Source: Octopus bimaculoides (Eukaryota). From it: DNA of 64,000 bases. Made by a program: the position numbers and the translations under genes. The notes under the pieces were generated by a model. It ran no database searches, was not told where the DNA came from, and worked only from the letters and a program-made list of their open reading frames with translations. How positions within the stretch are numbered: the first letter of the stretch is position 1; each line of letters opens with the position of its first letter. Positions 47,501-59,500 of this stretch are shown in pieces. The stretch is taken from positions 48,360,349-48,424,348 of the forward strand of contig NC_068989.1 in NCBI RefSeq assembly GCF_001194135.2, written 5' to 3'.

Positions 47501-50500
47501 CCTAATTTCTGTCTGACCTATACAATCATAGAAAAATGTCCATTAAGATAAGATGGTGGTGGTGGAGGTGTATTTTCATGTGTAAAAAAACATTTTAAAA
47601 ATTACTAAATTCTAAAGGTCTGGGAATAGTGGCAATTTGCTGTACTTGAGAAGACACATCAAGCCAAGTAAGATTGCTGCCATACATACAGGCTTATCCT
47701 TTACAGGTGCTGATGCCACATAAAATGCACTCTTGGTGGTGGCACATAAAAAGCACCCAGCACACTCTGTAAAGTGGTTGGCATTAGGAAGGGCATCTAG
47801 CTGTAGAAACCATGCCACGAGAGATAATTGGAGTTTGGATAGTTCTCCAGCTGGTCAGCTCCTGTCAAACCATCCAACCTATACCAGCATGGAAAACAGA
47901 CATATGATGATAGTGATAATGGTGATGATGATAGAAGCTCTTAAGTAAAATATTTTGACATCCTTGTGTTTTGAAGTGTAACAAAGAGAGTAAACAAATT
48001 TCACAATTTTTAAGTTGGATGAAAATTAGTACATTTCAAAATTCTAAGATTCATTAATGAAAAAATGTTATGCATTCAATCTTGACCTCCAAGTCTTCTC
48101 TGGGTCTATCTTACCTCTGACTGAAAGCCATTACAAATTTACAATATTTTTTTACCATTCAATGATCACTTTTCATTCTCATCTCAAACATATTGCAACG
48201 ACTGAAAAAAAAAAAATCTCATAATAAATATATATATTTATATATATTACCGAAGAAGCCTTATTTCATGAATAATTTTGTGGTTCGCAAGATCTCGTTC
48301 CTGATGCTTTGGTCCTGCACGGCTATTGTATGCTTGCCATACATTCCAACGAAGTGTCCGGTTGTGGCAGTGCTCCAGGAATGCTTGGTATACCTGACTC
48401 TGAAGTGTGACTTGCCATGGTCCAACTTTGGGTTGTTGTCTGGTAATTGAAATACAGTTTCATGTTAAACATAAAATTATTACAAGGACACTTAATGGTT
48501 TCTTTAGACCAAACAGCAGTCCAACAATTTTTGAGAAAGAAATATAGTTTACAGTCAGATGGTTTGGTACTGTAATATATTACTGAAACAGTTTTGGTAT
48601 TTAATTTAGGCCTATGGACTGAAGAAAAACTAAATCAGTTTCAATGGAAATTTGAACTTAGAACATAGAGGAATTAGACTAAATATTGTAAGGCTTTTAG
48701 TCTGGGGATGTACATTTTCTGAAAACATGTCAGCCTTTCTAAAAAATATTCCCATAATTGTGTCTGTTCTAAAAAATTATTTGTAACGTCGTATGTAAAC
48801 AAACAAGTTTGTTTTTCGAAGCGCTGAAATGTATGGTAGAACAAGTAGAAAGATAAATTTTATTCAACACAGATACTAAACAGTATAGATATAAAGGATA
48901 AAATTCTTTTCTTCTTTTTAAAAGCAGAAAAATTTGTCAGCAGCCAGCCATGAGGATCGAACTCACCGATCCTCATGGCTGGCTGCCGACAAATTTTTCT
49001 GCTTTTAAAAAGAAAAAAAGATTTTATTTTTTATATCTATACTGTTCAGTATCTAATTATTTGTAAGTTAAAGAACGATAAAGTCACTAGAACACCTGAT
49101 TCTCCAACTGGAGGAACCTCCTCTTGACTTTGCTCAGTAACATTTATTTGGTGTTGGAATTTCATTTTGAGGATTTGCTTTAGTCACTCCACTAGTCCTA
49201 AGGGTTGATCAGGGTGTTTGTAGACATCTCATCAAAATGTAGATAGCCAAAACAAACACCACAAAGTACCTAGTCTGACAATCAGACAGTTCTGCCAATA
49301 CACTACTCTGGATTGATAACTATTTTTTATCACTCTCAAAAGGATGAAAGGCAAGGTTGACTGTAGCAGGATTTGAATGAAAAAGTTCATGAAATTAACT
49401 AGAGTTAAAGTGATGCGATAAGCTTTATGTAAAATTGAAAGAAAAAGAATATTTAAAACATGGAAAAATGTGTGTAGACATGGACATGCAGTTAAGAAGT
49501 TCATTTCCATACACAACAGTTCTAGGTTTGATCCCCTGGACCAGTGTCTGCCATCATAGCCTCAGATAACCAATGCCTTGTGAGAAAAATTTGTTAGAAA
49601 GAAATTATGCTGTAGCATGTGTATACACACACACACACACACACATATATATCACATTAAGTTCTCTACATAGTTCATGGTCTGCTGTATTCTTACCAAG
49701 CAACACTAAAACTATTTGATGAAGGCCTAATCAATCAGACTCAAGCTGTAATTAGTAAAAGTCAAATACATATTAGAAGAGGTCAAGTATATATTATTAG
49801 TTTCAAATCAATATTGAACATCTTAACAGTATTAGTTCAGATCATATTATATATATTAGAAGTATTTGGCAAGAAATCATTGTATTTAGCTGTTGTTGCT
49901 TAGCATCAAGCCAGCTTTGATTACACAGATCTATGGCAGGTAATCAAACAGCTAACCCTAAGCAATAATTCTGTTATTCTAAATAAACCATACTACCATC
50001 TAGTAGAGAACCATACTCTGACATGCAGTGATTTGCTGTTTGGCAGTACAGACATGTTATATTTTACCCCACAACACACCAGTCTGTTTTAATATGTTCA
50101 CACAGTCTATGGTGGTGGCCACAGTGGCAGAGAGTGATGTAGACTTGGTCAGAATTCTCTGTCTTTATCAGTAATAAAATACACCACAAGGCAATACCTA
50201 AAATATTAACTAGAGGTCATTCATTACATTCCAGCTATACTTACATCAGATAATTTTGCACATATCAGCTATACAAACTTGAGCTCATATTATACATTTT
50301 CACTACCTTAGATAGAGGTTATATTGTACATTTTGGCTTTGATAACTAGAAGTCATATTGTACATCATCATCATCATTTAACGTCTGTCTTCCATACTAG
50401 CATGGCTTAGATGGTTTGACAGGAGCTGGCCAGCTGAAGGCCTGCCTGGATTCCATGTCAGTTTTAACATGGGTTTCTATGGCTGGATGCCCATCTCAAT

Positions 50501-53500
50501 GTCAACCACTTTACAGAGTGTAATGGATGCTTTTACGTGGCACAAGCACAGGTATTTTTATGTAGTACTGGCATGGGTGCTTCTTACATGGCACTGGCAC
50601 CATACATCTATGTAGTGTTGGAACCTTTACATTTTCATTATACTAAACAAAAGTCACACTGCTCATTTTGGTTATATTTACAGGGTGGACTTAGAGCATT
50701 TTCTCATGCTAGCAGCATATATGTACACCCACACAATGAGCATCTGCATTGTTTCTGTGAGTTTCACTTACAAGATATTAGTACAAGACACACAATGTAC
50801 TACTGGCAGTGAGATTGAATGCAGTACCACGTGGTTTCAAAGTGAACTTCTTCACCACATAATAGTTGCTTGCACCTGTGGAAAGGTGATGTCTAGTTTT
50901 GAAAGAATGTGTGTATAGCTGTAGAATTTACAAAATTAGCCAAAAGTTTCCAAAACAAAGAAATTCAACTTACTTGTCAGCAGCCATCATGGATATTATA
51001 GCAGGAGACATGTTTTTGACAAAAGAGTAATCAGTGACCCATTGAGAAAACATATTCTGACACACCATCACTTTGCTCCTGAACAAATTGAAAAAGAAAT
51101 ATATCTTATATAATAATACCTTAATAAATGATTTTTTTTTTTTTAAATTTGCTTTTTTAAGTAAAGATGGTAAGCATTACCCATGAATTTTTACAAGGCC
51201 CCTGAGACAGGTGAGAGAGAGTAAGGTATCTTTACACTGGAGACTTGGTATGAGTTTGTTTTTTTTTCTTTTTCTACAATAGGCATAAGGCTGGAAATTT
51301 GGGGGGTGGGGGCAGAGACTAGTTGATTATATTGAACCCCCACGCCCCACTCACTGCTCAAAATTGACACTTTATTTTATTGACTTTGAAAGGATGAAAG
51401 GCAAAGAACCCTGGTAGAACTTGAACTCAGAACATAAAGCCAGAAGAAAAGCTGCTAAGCATTTTATCCGGCTGGTTAATAACTCTCCCAGCATAAATTC
51501 TTGCAACAGAATGGACTCCACTAAAGGCACCCAAGATGCCAGGTATTGTTATTAAACAAGGCAATGGATTGAAGTCTACCACTCAAGTGAGCCATGGTGA
51601 AATTTGAACTAAGAAAGCAAAATTTCAGAGGAAATACAGCAAGGTATCTGATCCAAAGTTTTTTAAGTTCAACCAATCCATCACTCTTGGTACACTTTTT
51701 AACAACCCCAAAATAATGAAAAGCAAATATGATTTGGGCGGGATTTGAACTCAGAATGCAGAGAGAAAGAACAAAACCTTTGAGATATTGTATCTGATGC
51801 TAAGATAGTCTATTCAATTGATTATTTTAATGCATATAAGACTCTTCTCTATTTATGTTCTCTGGCTTAAAATTTATTGTGTCACACTAAAATTCTATTG
51901 TTTCTTTCTTAGCTCTGTGACCATATCATTCATTTAAAGTAGTTTTTCTCAACCATTTTTCAACTATGGACCCTTTGATTCCTATTTTACTTGGATAGAC
52001 TCTCTTAGCTATTCAATGTTAAAAAAATCCTATTATATTTTTATAATTAAATATTATTACAAATTGTATAATAATAATTATCAAAATATTTTGTGTATTG
52101 TAGAAGTACAACTAATTTAGTGTAGATAAATTTTAACAAAATCTTTTATGGACTTCAAAGGTCATATGGACCTCAATTATGAACCACCACTTTAAAGTAA
52201 ACAAGTTATAAGTGTTGAGTATTATACTAAGATAAATTTGAATACCATATATAATGTAAATACAAGCAAACTTTTTAAGTTATCATCCTTCATATAATAA
52301 TGAAATTTTAAAGGACATTTGTTTTAATTTGAACATAGAAAATTAAACAAGAGTGGTTTCATGTATGTTAATAACATAGAAATATAGATTTTGGGTTGAT
52401 ATCAAAAGAATTAAAGAGAAATGAAAGCTTTGCAAGCAACATTCTCAAGGATCAGCTATATGCCACTAACTAGTGGTTTCATTTACCATTAATTCCTACA
52501 AAGAAGGCCAAATATACTTAAAAATATGTAATTTCTTGTTTGTACACATTTAGAATAGAGGCAAAGACATCTTCAGACATCTCACTGAATTTAACTTCAT
52601 TAGTATTATGATAGTTGAAGGTTAAAAAATACAGTTGAAGGATATCATCATCATTTAACATCAGGTTTTCATGCTTGTACAGGCTGGACAGTTTGGCAGG
52701 AACTGATAAGATAGTGGATTGTAGACTAACCACCATGGTAGAGAAGGAATAGATTAGGGATAGGATGATTGAGAAAAGTGGGAGGATAGTGTGTGTGGAA
52801 AGGTGATAGAGTGGATAGTGTAGAGGGGTCTAGGGCTATCCTATATTATAAGAAGAAGTATATAAAGATGTGAGGGAAAGGGGACATGTAGGGAACAATA
52901 AACTAGGATAGAGGAATCATTAGACTCAGCAAAGGTGAGAGAGGTGTAGGGGCCATGGAGTTAGGTCTTGGGAGAAAAATAAGAAGGGGCATTAAGGAGG
53001 TACAGAAGCTGTCGGGAGAGGATAGGAGGCAGAGACAGAACAAAGAAACTTGTTTGGCAACTGTGAGTAGTATATCTTACCTAAATGTATTCCTTTCACG
53101 TGTTAGTTTGCGTAAGATATCAATAAACTTTTTCCTGCTGGACCCACTGATCTCAATGCCATTTAAGTGGCCTTCTAATAGATAAAGATTAAGTAACTGC
53201 TGCTGGTAGCAATCCAATTTAGAACGGTCTGCATTCACTTCCTGAAAACAAGAGAAGAAAATTATAAATAAATACATAAATACTTTAACCCTTTTGCATT
53301 TAAGCCAGCCATATCCGGCCAAAATATTTTATTTGTTTTATGTTCAAACTGGTCAAAAACACTCTCTTACGCCTACCCTACAATGTCAAACAAAAAGTAA
53401 ATAATCCCATAATCAAAATCACAAAGCTACAAGATAATATATGATTAATTCAAAACAAGGTGAATAAATAAGCATTATGTTTGGCAAACTAATCTGAATG

Positions 53501-56500
53501 CTAAAGGATTAAAGGAGATGAATGAATAGTTGTGTGATTTAGAAATTCCCTTTTTTTCGTTTTTATTTTTTACACTTGCAGTGCCCATAACCTTTACAGG
53601 AGCTCTGAAACTGGTGAACTTACTCATATCAATGCTCTGCTTAAACAGTTGCAAATCAACACCCTCTAAAGGAAAGACACAAGTAGGGAGCAGATTCCAG
53701 AGGGTCAAAGTTCTGGGGAGAAAGGACTGGATATAATTGTTAGTAAGGGTCCTGAAGACAGTGGGTGTTGGACACAACTGCATGGTTCCCACAATGTGGA
53801 ACCCTGAGAATGTCTTCTAGCACAAGCTTGGGTCGCCCAAGCCTTGTGAGTAAAATTGGGTGGATGAAAACTGTGTGGAAGCTTCTTTTATGGTTCAGGT
53901 GTGGGCGCATATATTAGTTATTGAGTAATATTGTTTTATTTTTAACATTGTATATTTAAAGCTTATAATGTAGTGGTGTACAGACATAAGATTATAGTGA
54001 TGTATAGCTGTGAGAGTACAGTAATATACAGTTCCATGAAGAAAATAATTTAGTGTCTCAAGAGTTATTGTGATTTCACCCAGAGAAGTGATACCAATGT
54101 GCTATGTAAATGAGAGAGAGAGGGAGAGAGAGATACTAAGTAACACAAAGAAGGCATAGAAAAAATGAGGTCTTCATAGATTGAAGCCCTTGAATAAATA
54201 GTATGGTAAAATCTTCATAGCTGAGTGGTTAGGATTAAATTAACAAGAGAAACTATCTGAGCAATGTAGTTAAAGGTTTGTATAAGAGCTGAAATTAATA
54301 GGAAAATATTAGCAAGAGTATAAACAGCCTGAGTGTAGCTATCAAAAGATCTATTCAACTCTGCTTGTTTAGGGGACACACATACTGTCTTTAATATTTG
54401 GAGAAGTGTAGAAACAAATAAATATTTAGTGGTTGTGTAACAACTTACCTTTACTGCATTATACAATGGTTCACTTATCCACCTCTCATTCTTAGCTTGA
54501 TCCACTTGTGAATGAATCTAAAAGGTAAAAGATAGAATTTAAATAGTTATACAACAGCTGATAATTTAACAGCTGTACAGCCAATGGTATAGTTAAGAAG
54601 ATTCTCAACCATATGATTTCAGGTACAGTCCCACTGTGAAGTATCTTAAGCGAATGCCTGCTACTATAGCTTAAGATCAACCAAAGCCTTGAAAGTAAAG
54701 TTGACCTCAGGATTTACACTCACAGCATAAAGAAACAGAAATAAATACTGCAAAGGATAATAATAAAAATAAGAATAATGGTTATTATTATTCCATAACT
54801 GAAGATGGTGGATTAGTAGAGTTGTCAGACAAAATGCCCTGCAGTTCTTTACTTTCTGGGTTCAAATCCTGCCAACTTCAACTTTGCCTTTCATCCTTTC
54901 AGCTCAGTAAAATAAGAAAAGTTAAAGACTAGATTTGATGGGTCAGAAACTGAAAGAAGCCCATTGTATGTATATATGTGTGTGTGTTTTGTGTCTTTGC
55001 CTTGATATCACAAGACACTTGTAAATGAGTGTCACCATCTTACAAGCAGTATCCATTTTTAATCTACAAAAACATGTCAGGCCATAAAGAAATACCACCT
55101 TGCTTGGAAACAGGTGAAGGTTGGCAAAAAGAAGGGTTTCTGGCTGAAGAAAATCTGCCTCAATGCAAGCATGGAAAATTAGTAATTTAAACAATGATGA
55201 TCATGATGACTACTGTTAACTCCATGGTAATGCCAAGGAAATAAACAAGTGTTACAAAAGCAAACCCCTCAGTTGAGAATCTGAATTTGTATTTAATATT
55301 TGTGTTCAATAAAAGTGATCAATTTTTGTTTTTATGCCCTGAGCTTTGACTGAGCAGAAGACCTATGGCCAAAAGCATTCCCATCATGATTATCTTATCT
55401 TTTAATTCAAACAGTGTATCTAGGACTCCATTACCTAATAAAAAATCAATAGGATGTTAATATTACTATTATCATTGTTAAAGCAGTAAGTTGGTAGAAT
55501 TGTTTGCAAGCTAGGTGAAGTGTTTAGTGGCATTTCATCCATCTTCATGATCTGAGTTCAAATTCTGCTGAGATCAACTTTGCCTTTCATTCTTTCAGGG
55601 TCAATTAAAATAAGTACCAGTTGAGTACTGGGTTTGATGCAACTAACTTACCCACCCCTGCCGAAATTGCTGGCCTTGTGGCAAAATTTGAAATCAATAT
55701 TATTATCATTATTATTTCGATAGCTGAGGAATAGAAAAAGTAAACATTTATGTTCAGAATTCAAATCCCACAGGAGTTGAATTTGCTTTTCATATCCATA
55801 CAGCAATAATATGATTAGAATTGATTCAATTGGTCTTACACCCATCCAGATTTGTAGTATGTAACAATACAAAAAGGGCAGCACATTGGCAGAATTATTA
55901 GAGCATCAGACAAAATGCCTTGTGGTATTTAATGGTATATTTTTATGCACTGAGGTGAATTTTGCCTTTCATCCTTCAAGGGTCAATAAAATAAGGCTGA
56001 GACAAATCTTTTACAAAATGCTGGACACTATAGTACCACCCACATATCTCAGAAAGAACACCTAGTTAGAATATGTAGATATTCCAGAAGGAATACAAAA
56101 GAAAAACAACTATCTGTTTGATAACCAAGGAGAGAGTACAACCATTGTACAACCAGATAGAAATAACAGCTAAATTTCCCTCACATCATATCCTCCCAAT
56201 TAAAAAAAAAAAAGGAATGAGGTAACAAATGCTATAATCCTAAATACAACAATATACTTGAAAATAGACAGGATGGTCACATTTGGAATGCCATTGAACA
56301 AAGGTCTGTTTAATCATGCTTGACTTGGAGTTGACAATGAAAACAATACATTCATTTTAGAATGTACACAAAGAAAAAGAAGTACAGCTATCTGTTTGGT
56401 AGCCAAGAATTCACTGACCTGTTAAAACTGACTTCCATGTCTCATCTGCTGTTACAAAAATAATCATTTGGAAGAGAAAGAGAGAAATAGACAGACAAAT

Positions 56501-59500
56501 AATACAAAGAAATCATATATCTACTTACTCTCTGGAAAGACTCCCTGAATTTTTCATTCCCTTTTATGTAGCTGAGATGTTTAGCAAGGCGCCAAGCATA
56601 GTTTAATGGAACTGAGATTTCCTCAATAGGATTGAAAACATTCTCAAATGTTTTCTCCATCTGAGGATCTAAAGAACAAAGAAACAAAACAATCAACATT
56701 CTTTTCTACTCAAGGCACAAGGCCCAAAATTTTAGGGAAGTGGGGCCAGTCAATTAGATCGACTCCAGTACTTAATTTATTGACCCTGAAAGGATGAAAG
56801 GCAAAGTCAACCTCGGCAGAATTTGAACTGAGAACATAAAGACAGACGAAATACTGCTAAGCATAAGGTGGCGAGATGGCAGAATCGTTAGCATGCCAGG
56901 CAAAATGCTTAGTGGTATTTCGTCTGCCGCTACGTTCTGATTTCAAATTCCACCGAGGTCAACTTTGTCTTTCATCTTTTTGGGGTCAATTAAATAAGTA
57001 CCAGTTACGCACTGGGTTGATGTAATCGACTAAATCCTTTTGTCTGTCCCCTCTATGTTTAGCCCCTTGTGGGCAATAAAGAAATAAATACTGCTAAGCA
57101 TATCGCCCGGCGTGCTAACATTTCTGTCAGCTCGCCGCCTTAAAACAATCACTATTACAATCAATATAAACAAAACAATCAATATTAACAATACTTTGAT
57201 GATGTGTCTGCTTCAGAATTTGAACTAAACATAGATCACTGCCTTAAAAAAATGGAAGGATACATTGGATCAATTTTCATCACTTTTCCTTGTTTTCCTC
57301 TTTTGCAGCTTCTTTCCATTTGGATCACGTGCTACCTCTTTACACAACTGCCATCTTTTATACACATTACATGCCTGTAGTTGTACAGTTTTCTCTCTTG
57401 CACATGACATTTGATTCCCCTTGTACCCAGTTTTTCTCTTAGTTCATTTGTACCATGTTATTCAAACATTACACATCCAATAGAACATATTTGTTTCATT
57501 CCTTTCCAATATTTACACATCCTATGTATTCAATACTTATGTTTGGTATCATGCAGCATCACTTTTTGTATACATACATCTTATCTACTTTTCACTAAGA
57601 GAGAGAATCTCGCTTTTGTTTGCAGAAGTAACAGCTTCCTGAACACTTTTTTCACCCCATTTTCACTCAGATAACTATGCTTTTTCAACATCTTCCTCAG
57701 TCACTAATTAAGTCATTCAATTCTCAAATACTTCTAAGGAGTCTCAAGATCATTTGAAAGAATTTATTTCACGAGTACTCTAACTGCTATTAGTCTTGCT
57801 AGTCTGCTATACATAGAGACCTTCTGTCAACCTGCATATGATCCTAATGCACCTGCTTTACACCTACACACTGAGTATACCACAAGGCATTCCTACCAAC
57901 TCATTTTCTGCAAGCTAAACATAGCCTGTTCCTAGATGGCAGGAGAGTTTTGTCTTCTTTCCTACAAATTAAAATTAACAAGAGGAGAAAGAGCAGTGCC
58001 CATGCCACTTTACAGGGTCTTTGAAATTATTAGAAGGAAATCAACTTCAGACCAGAGACCTGGCCCAAATGCCTGCAATAGAATGAACATCCCTAAAGGT
58101 ATTCAAAGGTTAGGTGTTAGCATCAACCCTTTGCCTATTTAAAAATTTGCTTGCATGTTCAGAATTTTTTTCTATAATTCTTACAAAGATTCAACAATGA
58201 TATAGGTAATCAGCATACAAAGGTTCCCATGAATTGTAACTTTTAAACTCTTCTGTCTTAGCCTGAAGAACTACAATAAACAGAAGAGGGCTAAGAACCA
58301 AACCCTGAGAGATATCTTCCTACATGCTGAATTCCTCGCTGAACTCCTTGCTAATTCTCATCTTGTTAACAGTATTTTTGTACATAGCTTCCATGGTACT
58401 CATGAGCCATTTTTCAACACCACTACAGAGCATGTCACTCTGCCAAATGCCTTCTCCAGGTCAATAAATGCTGAATATAGTGGTCTGTTCTTTGCTAAGA
58501 ACTTCTTGATACTGTTACAACATGAATATATATTTGAATATAGACAATTAATTGCAATTAATTGTAATTAAAAGAGAAGCAAAAGACTGAAAATAAATCT
58601 AAGCTACAAACCTTTTAACTGTTCTAGATGGTTGCCTAATTTAGTTTCAAATTCAATGGCAAGTTTAGCAGCACCCAACACGACATCCTTTGGCGTTATG
58701 AAACCAAATTTGGGGAGTTCTTTAAATCGCATGACAGCATTGGTTTCAGCTGTGTCTGGTGGTATTTCTGGCAATCTGAAATAAAGAAAAAGAAAAAAAT
58801 TCAAAATAAAATAGGTTTTCCATCCAAACATTGATTTTATAACTTTAATGTATTGAAGATGAACACAAATGAATTTGGTGTGCATGGTCACTTTTTTCTT
58901 AACTTAATAAGAAGAGAAAGAGCAGTGCCTATGCCACTTTTTAGGGTCTTTGAAATTATTAGGAGGAAATCAACCTTAGACCAGAGACCTGGCCCAAATG
59001 CCTGCAATAGAATGAACATCCCTAGAGGTATTCAAAGGTTAGCTGTTGGTATTAACCCTTTGCCTATTTAAAACATTTTCATAAGTTTGTCCACAATGTT
59101 TAAACATGTTTTCATACTCTTAATTTGTCCAAGTTTCATACATTGAGAGATATAAAGCTTTCCTTTCATAAGTCCCAAGTTAATTTCGTTGTTAAAAAAA
59201 ATTGGGAATGTGTATCACATATGACAAATGGATGCCAGGGAAATATGTTCTGCTTATCACATGATACACAACACCTGATTTAACCTTTAGCTTGTTTAGG
59301 ACATCACATATAACACAAGACAGGTAAAGGGTTAAATAAAATGTAACAGTATCAGCCAATGTAAGTGAGACACAAAATTCCTACAAAGGATTTGAACCTG
59401 CTAAGCTTGTAGCCCAAGATTATATCCACTGAACCATTCAGTAAAAAAAGGTTTGGGTGGGTATTTACCCAATATTTCTAAAGAATAACTTGGGGCATTG

